A stretch of 64,000 bases of DNA. Origin: an uncultured bacterium. GTDB lineage: Bacteria > Chlamydiota > Chlamydiia > Chlamydiales > SM23-39. The notes under the pieces were generated by a model. That model was not told the DNA's origin. It did no database searches and worked only from the letters and a program-made list of their open reading frames with translations. Position numbers and translations under genes: made by a program. Positions 8,865 through 18,653 of the stretch are shown here, piece after piece. The stretch is taken from the NCBI GenBank assembly GCA_964424735.1, contig CAYRJU010000005.1:5009-69008 (forward strand), in the 5' to 3' direction. Within the stretch, counting starts at the first letter, position 1, and the number at the start of each line of letters is the position of its first letter.

Positions 8865-8917
8865 GCAACGGCCTCCAAGAGAAGCTCCCCCGGGAGGCCT
8901 CTCAACCTTCTTTTACA

Positions 8918-10237
8918 TTATTCTTTCATCGAAAGCAAGAACTCCGCATTGGATGCTGTTTTTTTCAATCGGGCCGTGAGGAGATTCATGGCATCGACAG
9001 GCGTGAGATCGGCAATGCCCTGTCTCAAGAGATAGATCTTCTCGAGCTCTGCAGGATGGTAGAGAAGCTCTTCTTTTCGGGTGCCGCTCTTGATGAGATC
9101 GATGGCAGGCCAAATGCGTCGATCGGCAAGTCTTCGATCGAGAACCAGCTCCATATTGCCCGTTCCCTTAAACTCTTCAAAGATCACCTCGTCCATTCTA
9201 GAGCCCGTATCGATGAGCGCCGTGGCGATGATGGTGAGCGAGCCGCCCTGTTCCACATTGCGCGCAGCTCCAAAGAATCTCTTCGGTTTGTGAAGGGCGT
9301 TCGCGTCGACACCCCCCGTCAAGATCTTACCCGAATGGGGCTGAACGGTGTTGTAAGCGCGGGCAAGACGGGTGATGTTGTCGAGGAGGATGACGACATC
9401 ATAGCCGCACTCGACCATTCGTCTAGCCTTTTCAATGGCCATATCAGCAATTTGAACGTGTCTTTCAGGAGGCTCGTCAAAGGTAGAAGCGATGACTTCT
9501 CCCTTCACCGTGCGGATCATGTCGGTCACTTCTTCAGGACGCTCGTCGATGAGAAGCACCATCAAAACAACTTCTGGATTATTCACTTCAATCGCGTTTG
9601 CGATGTGCTGCATCAAAATAGTTTTTCCCGATTTGGGCGGAGCTACGATGAGCGCGCGCTGCCCTTTCCCAATCGGAGAGGCTAGATCGAGAACTCTTGT
9701 GGAGAGCCTTTCCCGGGTGGTCTCCATGACGAGACGCTTATCTGGGTAAAGAGGGGTTAAGTTTTCAAACAGAACCCGGTCTCTTGTCTGCTCAAACGTT
9801 TTCCCGTTGATCTTCTCCACTTTGAGCATGGCGAAGTATTTTTCCTTGTCTTTGGGAGCCCGAATGGAGCCATACAGCGTATCGCCTTTTCTCAAGTCAA
9901 ATCTACGGATTTGAGCTGGCGAAACATAGATGTCTTCTGTCGAGGGAAGGTAGTTGTAGTAAGGGGATCTCAAGAAGCCAAATCCATCGGGCAGCACCTC
10001 CAAAACCCCTTCACCGTAGAGGACTTCGTTGGGTCTTTCGGAGATCGTCTTGACGATTTCAAAGACGACGGCCGATTTGGGAAGAGAGGCGGTATGTTTG
10101 AGGCCGATATTGCGAGCATATTCTTGCAATTTGTCGATCGTCATCCTCTGTAGATCGGAAATTTTGGTGACAATTTCAAAATCGGTGGGAGGACGAAAAT
10201 TTTCAGAATTTTGCTGCTCGGTTTGTTGATCATTCAT
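8918..10237 (-). CDS. rho: Transcription termination factor Rho
   Basis: P-loop APPKSGKT and the conserved Rho core. I prefer the start at MNDQQTE (ATG 10235-10237, GGAG upstream). The track start at 10357 would overlap coaE. Confidence 0.9.
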   Translation of the reverse strand: MNDQQTEQQNSENFRPPTDFEIVTKISDLQRMTIDKLQEYARNIGLKHTASLPKSAVVFEIVKTISERPNEVLYGEGVLEVLPDGFGFLRSPYYNYLPSTEDIYVSPAQIRRFDLRKGDTLYGSIRAPKDKEKYFAMLKVEKINGKTFEQTRDRVLFENLTPLYPDKRLVMETTRERLSTRVLDLASPIGKGQRALIVAPPKSGKTILMQHIANAIEVNNPEVVLMVLLIDERPEEVTDMIRTVKGEVIASTFDEPPERHVQIADMAIEKARRMVECGYDVVILLDNITRLARAYNTVQPHSGKILTGGVDANALHKPKRFFGAARNVEQGGSLTIIATALIDTGSRMDEVIFEEFKGTGNMELVLDRRLADRRIWPAIDLIKSGTRKEELLYHPAELEKIYLLRQGIADLTPVDAMNLLTARLKKTASNAEFLLSMKE

Positions 10238-10337
10238 GGAAGAGTTGACTCCAAATTTAAAGAATTTTGTTTCATGGATTGAGTGGTCGGATGATGTAGA
10301 TGTATAGACTAGAGTTTCCCTAACTTTAGCACTCTTC

Positions 10338-10916
10338 TCAATTTTTGCCAATTTCAAGTTTTTTGTGTACTTGGAGCACCTCTTTGCGAAGGTCTTCTAG
10401 GGTCCCATTATTGTGGATCGTGAAGTGGGCTCTAGCCGCCTTTTCTTCGGGCGTCCATTGTCTTTTCATGCGGAGGGTGTATTCCTCTTCGCCCTGTTTG
10501 AATCTCTTCTTTGCGAGTCTCTCATCACTCAAAACGGCGATGACGACATCGTACCCTTTTTCTGCTCCTATTTCGAAGAGAAGGGGAATTTCTACGACGA
10601 AGAGATTCCCCTTTGCCCGGGCATAGTCTTCCTCAATTCTCTGAAGGACTGCTGGATGTAGGACCCTTTCGAGTCGTTTCAACGCTTTGGCGTCCTTGAA
10701 GACCTGACTGAGCTTTTTTGTATCTAGCGCCCCATTTTTTAAAACGGGCACTTTGAATTCTCGGATGATTTTTTCCCCGATGGGAGTCTTTGCCTTTAAT
10801 AGCTCATGGACGATCTCATCGGCAAAAACGACGGTTGCTCCGAGTTCTTGAAAGATTCGGCAAACCGTTGTTTTTCCGCTTGCCACACCGCCGGTCACTG
10901 CAACTTTCTTCAACAT
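10338..10916 (-). CDS. coaE: Dephospho-CoA kinase
   Basis: [12 protein letters not shown]-loop. The ATG at 10914-10916 overlaps the polA stop (ATGTTGA). Confidence 0.85.
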   Translation of the reverse strand: MLKKVAVTGGVASGKTTVCRIFQELGATVVFADEIVHELLKAKTPIGEKIIREFKVPVLKNGALDTKKLSQVFKDAKALKRLERVLHPAVLQRIEEDYARAKGNLFVVEIPLLFEIGAEKGYDVVIAVLSDERLAKKRFKQGEEEYTLRMKRQWTPEEKAARAHFTIHNNGTLEDLRKEVLQVHKKLEIGKN

Positions 10917-13561
10917 TCTGCCCAATTTTTCCCAACCGCCATGTGGACTTCGATGGGAACTTTCAATTTCATGACCCCTTCCATCTTTTCTTTGACGAGC
11001 TTTTCGAAAAGAGGAATTTCCAAATCGGGAATTTCAAAGATCAATTCGTCGTGAATTTGGAGAATCATTTTTCCTTTAAGCCCTTTTTCTCGAATGACTC
11101 GATCGATCTCGATCATGGCCATTTTGATGAGGTCGGCAGCGGTCCCTTGGAGAGGAGTATTGATGGCGAGTCTTTCCGCAGCAAAGCGGATAGAAGGGTT
11201 TTTATTGTGAATTTCGGGAATGGGGCGCTGTCTTCCCGTCAAAGTGGTCGAATGTCCCACCTTTCTCACCTTTTCTTTACACTCTTCCAAATAATTTTTC
11301 ACTCCGGGGTATCTCGCGAAATAGGTCTGAATGAAAAGCGAGGCCTCTTTTTGAGGGATTCCCAATTGTTTGGAAAGACCAAACGCAGTTTGACCATAGA
11401 CAATGCCAAAATTGACTGTTTTGGCGGCTCTTCTCATGGCATCACTCACCTGTGTTTCGGGAACCCCATAAATTAAAGAAGCGGTGTGGATGTGGATATC
11501 TCTTCCTTCTCGGAAAGCCTTCGTCAATTCTGGATCTTCGCTAAAATGGGCGAGGAGTCTGAGCTCGATTTGAGAATAGTCTGCGCCCAAGAAACTGCAC
11601 CCCTCTTTGGGTTTAAAACAGGAACGGATGGCGGAATGGATGGGGATATTTTGCAAATTGGGATCTTGGCTCGAAAGGCGGCCTGTCGCTGCCACCGATT
11701 GGTTGAAGGTGCAGTGGATTCTGCCCGTGATGGGATTGACGGCGAGCGGGAGGGCTTCTACATAAGTGGAGCGGAGTTTTTCCAGGGTCCGATACTCGAG
11801 AATCTCTTTGGCAATCACATGTTCTTCTGCTAGCTCTTCCAATATGTCGGCGCTCGTGGAGGTAGTGCCTGCTTTGAGCCCCATTTTGTCGTAGAGGATG
11901 GTTCCGAGCTGTTTAGGCGAGTTGAGATTGAATTCAACGCCTGCATGGGCAAAAATGCGCAATTTGATCTCGTATAAATCTTTAATGAGCCCTTCCCCAA
12001 CAACTCTCAGCTGTTTCACGTCGAGATAAATTCCCTCTCTTTCCATTTCGGCAAGGATCCGCAAGAGGGGCAGTTCGATCTCTTGCAAAAGGGGTTCCAT
12101 TTTTTTTTCTTTCAGCTCTTCTGCGAAGATTTCTTTGAGCCGGGTCGTGTAGTCGATGTCCTCGCAGCAGTACTCCTTCACCTTTTCAATCGGGACATCG
12201 CGCATCGAAATCTGTTTTTTCCCTTTTCCGATGAGGCTTTCCAAGGCAATTTTTACGTGGGTGAATTTTTCCAAAACTAGGTCGTCTAGGTTGTGCCGTC
12301 TTTTTTGCGGATCGAGCAGATAGGAGGCCAAAAGAGTGTCGAATCCGATGCGTCGGATCTGGATTCCGTGGCTTTGGAGAATGTGGTAATCATATTTGAA
12401 GTTGTGGCCAAAAAAAGCGCTTTCTGTCTTTGCAAAAAACTCTTTCAAGAGTTCAAGAACCCGTTTTTTCCCAATTTGGCCATTGAGAGGGACATACCAA
12501 GCTTCTCCCGGTTTTATAGCAAATCCAACTCCGACGAGATGGGCGAGTAGCGGATCGAGGTCGGTTGTCTCTGTATCGATCCCAATCTCTTTTTCCCGAG
12601 AAAGGGTTTTCAAGAGCTGGATCAAATCCTCTTCCCGATCGACGAGGTGGTAATCGTGTTTGGCTAAATGTAAAGCGGTTTTACTTGGGGCTGGAGGTTC
12701 GACTGCAGGATGGCTCAATTCTTTGAGAAGAGAGTTGAATTTCATCTCCTGATAGAAGGCAGTGAGCTTGCCTAAATCTTTTTCTTTGAGACGATAAAAT
12801 TCTTCGTTTAAGGGAACTTCGACTCGCGTGTGCAAAGTGGCGAGCTCGCGACTCATCAGGGCCTCTTTTTTCTGGGTACGCAAGAGCTCTTGTTTCTTTT
12901 CTCCTTTCACCTCTTCTGGATGGGCTAAAAGATAATCTAGAGTGCCGAATTGCTCTAGTAAAGAGGCGGCTGTTTTGAGGCCAAATCCCGCAATCCCTGG
13001 GATATTATCGGAAGCGTCTCCCATCATCGCCAAGAGATCGAGCATCTGATCGGGACGCACTCCGAAGAGCTCTTGCACCTTGGCTGCATCGATGATCAGA
13101 TTATCCTTGTGCTGTTGGAGTAAAAAAATTTGCTCATTCACGAGCTGCATGAGATCTTTGTCGCTCGAGCACAAGAACACTTTGGCCCCTTTTTTTTCTG
13201 CCCAAAGAGCAATGGTTGCCATTGTGTCATCGGCTTCTACTCCCTCTGCAGAAAGAGTGGGAATCCCGGCGAGAGCGCAATATTGATAGGCCCATTCGAA
13301 TTGAGGGAAGAGATCTTCTGGAGCGCCTTTGCGGTGCATCTTGTATTCGGCGTAAACAGCCTGTCGCGATTTTTTGTTATCGGGACCATCAAACACGCAA
13401 ATGAGATGGCTAGGAGCAAACTCTCGAATGAGCTTTTGAACCGATCGGATAAAACCAAAAAGGGCACTTGTCGACTGCCCTTTGTCATTGAGCATGGGGC
13501 CAATGGCATAGTAGGAACGGAAGAGATAATTGACCGCATCCAGAATGTATATGGTTTTCAT
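10910..13561 (-). CDS. polA: DNA polymerase I
   Basis: 5'-nuclease, 3'-5' exonuclease (IDTETT) and polymerase (DYSQIELR, QIHDEL) regions. The start at MKTIYILD overlaps the sppA stop (ATGA). Confidence 0.95.
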   Translation of the reverse strand: MKTIYILDAVNYLFRSYYAIGPMLNDKGQSTSALFGFIRSVQKLIREFAPSHLICVFDGPDNKKSRQAVYAEYKMHRKGAPEDLFPQFEWAYQYCALAGIPTLSAEGVEADDTMATIALWAEKKGAKVFLCSSDKDLMQLVNEQIFLLQQHKDNLIIDAAKVQELFGVRPDQMLDLLAMMGDASDNIPGIAGFGLKTAASLLEQFGTLDYLLAHPEEVKGEKKQELLRTQKKEALMSRELATLHTRVEVPLNEEFYRLKEKDLGKLTAFYQEMKFNSLLKELSHPAVEPPAPSKTALHLAKHDYHLVDREEDLIQLLKTLSREKEIGIDTETTDLDPLLAHLVGVGFAIKPGEAWYVPLNGQIGKKRVLELLKEFFAKTESAFFGHNFKYDYHILQSHGIQIRRIGFDTLLASYLLDPQKRRHNLDDLVLEKFTHVKIALESLIGKGKKQISMRDVPIEKVKEYCCEDIDYTTRLKEIFAEELKEKKMEPLLQEIELPLLRILAEMEREGIYLDVKQLRVVGEGLIKDLYEIKLRIFAHAGVEFNLNSPKQLGTILYDKMGLKAGTTSTSADILEELAEEHVIAKEILEYRTLEKLRSTYVEALPLAVNPITGRIHCTFNQSVAATGRLSSQDPNLQNIPIHSAIRSCFKPKEGCSFLGADYSQIELRLLAHFSEDPELTKAFREGRDIHIHTASLIYGVPETQVSDAMRRAAKTVNFGIVYGQTAFGLSKQLGIPQKEASLFIQTYFARYPGVKNYLEECKEKVRKVGHSTTLTGRQRPIPEIHNKNPSIRFAAERLAINTPLQGTAADLIKMAMIEIDRVIREKGLKGKMILQIHDELIFEIPDLEIPLFEKLVKEKMEGVMKLKVPIEVHMAVGKNWAEC

Positions 13562-14604
13562 TGAGGTTGGTAGAGGTAGGCGATTTGGTCGCGAATGGCG
13601 GGAGCTCCCATATCCAAAGTGTGCTCGATGCGCCCTGTGAAAAGGGGTGATTTGGAATTCAAGAGAGAAGACAACCACTCACTTTTGAGCTCCAATTCCA
13701 CAACTTGATAGGTCTTTGTAGAATCGATCCCAGCCTCTTCGAGAAGGGCAAGAAGAGTGCTATCGCGACTTGCGTGGGCAACATCGACGTAGCCATATTC
13801 TTGAGCTGTCTCGGGATCAAATACTTTCGCGCCATATTCGTTGATCAATTTTGTTCGATCGAGCCGAGGTTTTGCGCTCGTGACGATCCCGACAAATTGT
13901 TGGTAGAAATAGGCAGTGACCGCTTTTAAAGAAGCATCTTCATCTGACTTCCAAGCACGAAAGGGAGTCATCATATCTTTATCCAACCCTTCCGTGATTG
14001 TTTTGGAAATCACGCCGATTTTTCCAAGGGCATCCACGACATTGAAAAAGGGCCCGATGATGACGCCGACAGATCCAATGATGCTGGCAGGACCTGCATA
14101 GACTTTATCTGCTGCGCTGCTGATGTACATACCGCCGGAGGCGCAAAGACCTTCGACATAGGCGTAGACGGGCACTTTGTATCTGGCTTTGTAGTCTTTC
14201 AGCATCCGGTAGATGTTATCTGAATCGACCACGGTGCCGCCGGGCGTGTTCATGTGGAGTAAAATTCCTTTGACTCTATCTTGTCTAAAATCCCCAGCAC
14301 GAGAGTCGAGGAGCATGTTTTGAACTCCCCTTGTATCGACTCCTGCTTTGGGATCTCCTATGACGCCGTGAACGTTGATTTGGAGAATGACGGGACTTGT
14401 CGAAGAGCTCTCTCGATTCCCATTTGCATCGGGAAGGTATTTTACAATTGTTTTCACATCGGTTGGCGAAGAGGTCCCTTCACCCAGTGCGGTATAAATT
14501 AAAGACATGACAATAAAGGCAAAAAAAATTCCGCAAATTGCAAAAAACATTTTACAAAATGAGCGAAGCGCCGAAACAAAGATTGATTCTCTTTGGATTT
14601 CCAT
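13558..14604 (-). CDS. sppA: Signal peptide peptidase SppA (S49 family, 36K type)
   Basis: N-terminal TM segment and a ClpP/crotonase-like S49 pattern (GLCASGGMYISSAADKVYA). Confidence 0.8.
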   Translation of the reverse strand: MEIQRESIFVSALRSFCKMFFAICGIFFAFIVMSLIYTALGEGTSSPTDVKTIVKYLPDANGNRESSSTSPVILQINVHGVIGDPKAGVDTRGVQNMLLDSRAGDFRQDRVKGILLHMNTPGGTVVDSDNIYRMLKDYKARYKVPVYAYVEGLCASGGMYISSAADKVYAGPASIIGSVGVIIGPFFNVVDALGKIGVISKTITEGLDKDMMTPFRAWKSDEDASLKAVTAYFYQQFVGIVTSAKPRLDRTKLINEYGAKVFDPETAQEYGYVDVAHASRDSTLLALLEEAGIDSTKTYQVVELELKSEWLSSLLNSKSPLFTGRIEHTLDMGAPAIRDQIAYLYQPQ

Positions 14605-14621
14605 CTAAAATTCTCCCAATT

Positions 14622-14805
14622 TCTTAGAGACTGCCTCTGAATTAAGGCTTCGTCGCTTTTGGGGATTATTTTGGCTAACTTTCGATTCAAAATTGGGGGG
14701 TCATATACGGGATGTTGATATTACCCCCCAATTTTGAATCGAAATTTAGCTCAAAAGAACCCCAAAATCGACAGAAGCTTAATTCAGAGACAGTCTCTTA
14801 TAAGA
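14622..14805. repeat. ~180-bp near-perfect palindrome filling the sppA / mscS-like intergenic spacer
   Basis: Arms 14622-14700 and 14724-14805 are complementary apart from a few mismatches and indels. A G6/C6 clamp flanks a 23-nt loop at 14701-14723. Confidence 0.85.
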
Positions 14806-14831
14806 ATAACCATACATGAAAGGAGGGAAAG

Positions 14832-15338
14832 ATGGCAATTCAAACGGGATTATTGATTGCGGGTGTCCTTCTCATGACTTGGCTTGGGTTACGAGCCAAG
14901 AAACTATTTATTCGCAAAATGGAAGTGAAATGGCGTGGGGGACAACATGGATTGAGCGCCACCTCCTTAAAATCGGTCGAAAAAATTTTGACAACGCTCA
15001 TTGTCTTTATCAGCGCTTTACTGATCTTGCAGGTTCTGGGGCTCGACATCGTCCCGCTTCTCACCTTTAGCGGAATTGGTGCAGCCATTGTCGGCTTTGC
15101 GAGTAAAGAGGTGGTGGCCAATTTTTTTGGGGGGCTTCTGATCTATATCAACCGCCCTTTTGCCGTGGATGAAACGGTTGAAATCCCGAATCGAAACATT
15201 CGGGGAACTGTGGAAGAAATGGGCTGGTATTTAACGACTCTACGCGACTCTGAGAAAAATGCGGTTTATATTCCCAATTCCATTTTCTCTACGGAATTGA
15301 TCCGGAATTTAAGCCGTAGAAGTTCTGACATGGAATAG
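14832..15338 (+). CDS. Minimal MscS-family mechanosensitive channel-like protein (168 aa)
   Basis: Pore-helix and beta-domain pattern GIGAAIVGFASKEVVANFFGGLLIYINRPF...NLSR. It ends right after the beta domain. Confidence 0.65.
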   Translation: MAIQTGLLIAGVLLMTWLGLRAKKLFIRKMEVKWRGGQHGLSATSLKSVEKILTTLIVFISALLILQVLGLDIVPLLTFSGIGAAIVGFASKEVVANFFGGLLIYINRPFAVDETVEIPNRNIRGTVEEMGWYLTTLRDSEKNAVYIPNSIFSTELIRNLSRRSSDME

Positions 15339-15809
15339 TTCTAGGAAGGCGAGCCATCCCATAACGACAAAGCTCGCGAAAATGTACCAGGGGATGGGAA
15401 TTCCGACAGCGAGGGCCAGGAGGACGAAGAACTGGAGCGCGGTCGTTATTTTACCCCAGCGAATGGCCCTAAAAACAATCGATTTCCACCGTTGAGTGAT
15501 CAGCATTAAAAAGCCGTAAAGACAGAGGAAAAAGTCCCTAGAGAGCATGGTCGTCATTTCCCAAGGTCCCAATTTATTCTCGAGAAAGAGGACCGTCATC
15601 GCGAAATAGACAAAAAATTTATCCATCGTTGGGTCGAGAATCGCTCCAAACCGGCTGACAGATTGACTTCTTCTCGCCAAATACCCATCAATGCTGTCCG
15701 TAAACATGGCAAGAAGGATAGCCGTAATGCGTAGGGTAGTATTTTCTTGCAAAAATAAAAAAGCAAGTGGTGCACGGATAAAAGAAAGGCTATTGGATGC
15801 GCTTAACAT
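15309..15809 (-). CDS. pgsA: CDP-alcohol phosphatidyltransferase (PgsA-like)
   Basis: DSIDGYLARRSQSVSRFGAILDPTMDK matches D-x2-DG-x2-AR...G-x3-D-x3-D. ATG 15809 lies 5 nt after the upstream stop; an alternative ATG is at 15857. Confidence 0.8.
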   Translation of the reverse strand: MLSASNSLSFIRAPLAFLFLQENTTLRITAILLAMFTDSIDGYLARRSQSVSRFGAILDPTMDKFFVYFAMTVLFLENKLGPWEMTTMLSRDFFLCLYGFLMLITQRWKSIVFRAIRWGKITTALQFFVLLALAVGIPIPWYIFASFVVMGWLAFLELFHVRTSTA

Positions 15810-15813
15810 GAAC

Positions 15814-16422
15814 CTAGGTGGCGGCTTTTTTCTTTCTTTTATACCAAATGATGCCAATTATCGCGACAGCAAAGGCACCGAAGAGGAAAATATTGAAGGT
15901 TTTAAGCGAGGAGATGAGGGCTTCATAGTTCTTGCCGACCGTATAGGCCAAGGTAAAGAGGACCGTGTTCGACAAGATGCAGGCGATCCCGTCGCTCAAG
16001 AGAAATTTGGGAAAGGGCATGCGGCCGAGTCCCGCCGTGAGAAAGAGGCCATTTCGCACTCCAAACGGAATGAATCTGCCGACGAGAAGGGTTAAGAATC
16101 CATAGCGGGCATAATAGGCATGGATCTGATCGATCCTTTTTCGATCGAAGGTGCGGGCGAACCAGTGGATATTCCACAATTTCGGCCCAAAATGGCGTCC
16201 AATCCAGTAACAGACCCAATCTGAAATGTAGCATCCCAAAAAGACCGCTAAAAAAAGTTTATAGGTATTTTCGGGAACGACGGTCGCTGCGAGGACTGCG
16301 CTGAAGATGATCATGAGATCCTCGCTGATCGGTACATTGAGGCCTGCAAGCATCAAGGCGCCAAAGACGATCCAATGGGCGTATTGCGCGTGCTCAAAGA
16401 TGAAGTGAATAATGGAGTCCAT
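15814..16422 (-). CDS. DedA/SNARE-associated family membrane protein
   Basis: Multi-TM protein with a DedA-type segment YARYGFLTLLVGRFIPFGVRNG. Confidence 0.75.
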   Translation of the reverse strand: MDSIIHFIFEHAQYAHWIVFGALMLAGLNVPISEDLMIIFSAVLAATVVPENTYKLFLAVFLGCYISDWVCYWIGRHFGPKLWNIHWFARTFDRKRIDQIHAYYARYGFLTLLVGRFIPFGVRNGLFLTAGLGRMPFPKFLLSDGIACILSNTVLFTLAYTVGKNYEALISSLKTFNIFLFGAFAVAIIGIIWYKRKKKAAT

Positions 16423-16528
16423 TTATTTCTTACAAATATGAAAAGTTTATTTTTGTAAAGCTTTGTTATTATACGTGGAAAGGGATTTAGGAACCTATCC
16501 TAATTGAAAGATGGGTTTCAAACACTTT

Positions 16529-18040
16529 CTAAGCGGGGGCGATTTCTTTATCCAGGACAGGTTTTGTGAGGCTGTCGAATCGTTTGCCCAGAGCAATGAC
16601 CGAGAAAATCCAGACGAGAATGACGACGAGAAAGATCCCGGCTACATAGGGCGTGCAGGCGGCAATTGAAGAAAAGATGAGAATGAGAGTTTGGTGAATG
16701 ACCGATCCTCCCGATTTGCCGATTCGGGACCCCACTCCATCAATGGCAGCTTTTCCTTTTTGCTTGGATTCTTGACTTAAGGGGATAAAGGCAATCTCTT
16801 TAGTCGCATCGAAAATGGTGTATTTTGAAGCCCGTCCCAAGCAGTTTTGAAAGCCTCCGAGAGCGACACTTAAGACAAGAGGGGTCGATCCCATCGCGGC
16901 AGCAATCCACGTTAACCCAGAGTTTGGAAAGAGGACGAGTAGAAAGAAGCCAATTCCTGTTACGAGCATGGTGATTGCTGGGATGAGCGCATTGAAGGTC
17001 CAGGAAAATCTCTGAATGGCAAAAGCAGTCAAAATGGCAGTGATCGTCGCGATGATTCCCATGAGAGTCATCACTTCTCCCATGTAGATATTGTACTCAG
17101 TGGGATTGGGATAGAGCTGTTGGATTTGGTTTTTCCACACAACTTCGATCAGATTGATCGAAATATTGTAGGTGAGAACAATGAGCGCAATGCAGAGTAA
17201 ATATTTGGATTTCGCGAGGTAAGCGAAGTTCTTGCGCATAGACATCTTGATTTTTTCAGGGGGCGCATGTTTCTCGCTTGGCCGGATCACGTGTTGGTTG
17301 AGCCATCGGTAAATACCCATGGTTAAGATTCCAGCAACAATGATCAATCCATTCAAAAATAAAATGGATTGATCCCAGCTGGTCTTTCCGTAAGGAAGCA
17401 TGGGAAGGAAAGTGTGATTGCAGAGCAGTACAGAGGCCTGCCCAGAGATGATCCCGGCAATATTCGCGCCGATCATCAAGAGCCCGTAATAGCGCTTGGC
17501 CTCACCTACTTGAGTGATCTCATTCGCAAAACCCCACCACAGAACACTCAAAATAGCTGTCCCCCAGAGTTCAGACATCACGTAGAAAAGGGTGAAGGTC
17601 CAATTTCTAAACATCGCGACAAGGCCATTAAACCCTTTTGGTAGAGCGGCTTGCAGCTTGTCTGCCAGTGCATTGGGATGGAAAAAATCCTGAGCGGGAA
17701 AGAGGATGAGGGTGAAAATCATGAAGAAGCCGAGGAAGATCGACATCATGATATAAAAAACTTTTTCTCGACTGAAGCGGTTGGATAGGCGTGTGAAGAG
17801 GTAGGTGAGGAGAATGGCCCCAGGCAAAATAGCCCATACTTTGATGAAGGGGATGGCCTCTGCTCCCGAATGGGGAGCTGTGACGACCAAAGAGTCTTTA
17901 CATGCGCGCAACGTATTGTAGTTAAAAGAGATTAGGAAAAACAGGAAGAACATGGGAATAAATTTTTTCAATTCCCAGCGATGGATGGGCCAGAACAAAG
18001 AGCGCCACTTTCCAAATTTTACTGCGCTATCTTCCCGCAT
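16529..18040 (-). CDS. ntt: ADP/ATP (nucleotide) translocase, TLC family
   Basis: ~500-aa, 12-TM protein. The N-terminus WELKKFIPMFFLFFLISFNYNTLRACKDSLVVT is typical of chlamydial and rickettsial nucleotide transporters. Confidence 0.9.
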   Translation of the reverse strand: MREDSAVKFGKWRSLFWPIHRWELKKFIPMFFLFFLISFNYNTLRACKDSLVVTAPHSGAEAIPFIKVWAILPGAILLTYLFTRLSNRFSREKVFYIMMSIFLGFFMIFTLILFPAQDFFHPNALADKLQAALPKGFNGLVAMFRNWTFTLFYVMSELWGTAILSVLWWGFANEITQVGEAKRYYGLLMIGANIAGIISGQASVLLCNHTFLPMLPYGKTSWDQSILFLNGLIIVAGILTMGIYRWLNQHVIRPSEKHAPPEKIKMSMRKNFAYLAKSKYLLCIALIVLTYNISINLIEVVWKNQIQQLYPNPTEYNIYMGEVMTLMGIIATITAILTAFAIQRFSWTFNALIPAITMLVTGIGFFLLVLFPNSGLTWIAAAMGSTPLVLSVALGGFQNCLGRASKYTIFDATKEIAFIPLSQESKQKGKAAIDGVGSRIGKSGGSVIHQTLILIFSSIAACTPYVAGIFLVVILVWIFSVIALGKRFDSLTKPVLDKEIAPA

Positions 18041-18109
18041 AAAATAACGACGGACCCCTTCCTTTGGTGTGTCTCTAGCATCGCATATTCTTCTATTAAT
18101 TGAAATGAT

Positions 18110-18619
18110 TCAAAAACCAATTCCAAGAGAGGCGGTAGTGATGAGTAAAGGTGAAAATTGAATTTGAAAAAACTGATTCCTCTGATTTTCTCCCCACTGA
18201 AAGCCAACCGTGATCGGTAGATTGAAATAGGGAGCACTTTTGTTGTTTTCAAAATATTCTATTTTATTTGCATAGCCCCCGCTCAATCCAATCCCTAAAT
18301 AGGGGGAGGAGTAAGAAGATTGGTTGGTGGGCAAAAAGAAGTGGAGATAAGAAACTTGTCCCCAGACATACATTCCTTGGAGAGAGGCTCCGGCCTGTAT
18401 GTCCCAGGCGTGTTTAGCGGTGAGTTTTCTCAAACCCAGAGCAACTTCAGGAGACATGATGGGCAATACAAAGCCGCAGCCACCTAGAGCAAAATAGCCA
18501 AAGAGTGGTTTTTCTATCTTTTCAAGAGGGTTTGTTTCCTCGATGACGGGAAGGACGGTCTCTTCAGCGAAAATGAGAAGAGTCGGAACTAAAAAAAGAG
18601 ACAGAAGTTTTCTTGTCAT
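18110..18619 (-). CDS. Small outer-membrane beta-barrel-like protein
   Basis: Signal peptide, alternating aromatic/Gly pattern and a C-terminal Phe (LGIGF). Confidence 0.45.
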   Translation of the reverse strand: MTRKLLSLFLVPTLLIFAEETVLPVIEETNPLEKIEKPLFGYFALGGCGFVLPIMSPEVALGLRKLTAKHAWDIQAGASLQGMYVWGQVSYLHFFLPTNQSSYSSPYLGIGLSGGYANKIEYFENNKSAPYFNLPITVGFQWGENQRNQFFQIQFSPLLITTASLGIGF

Positions 18620-18653
18620 AGGATTCAATTATCGAAGGAGTTGGAATTTTTCT

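Noticed and set aside
8843-9685. Long antisense ORFs inside housekeeping genes: 8843..9685 in rho, 10790..11476 in polA, 18744..19316 in pgk and 46892..47560 in the MFS gene.
   Set aside because: Each lies fully inside a gene with strong family motifs on the other strand. Their products are Arg/Lys/Ser-rich with no domain signatures, which is typical of shadow ORFs.
13562-13678. N-terminal extensions in the ORF track: polA to 13678, hisS to 51178, rho to 10357 and uhpC from 51663.
   Set aside because: The extensions overlap upstream genes or a promoter and have atypical composition. They are also followed by internal starts that match the family N-termini (MKTIYILD, MQYQMQKGTFDILP, MNDQQ and a GTG preceded by GGAGG).
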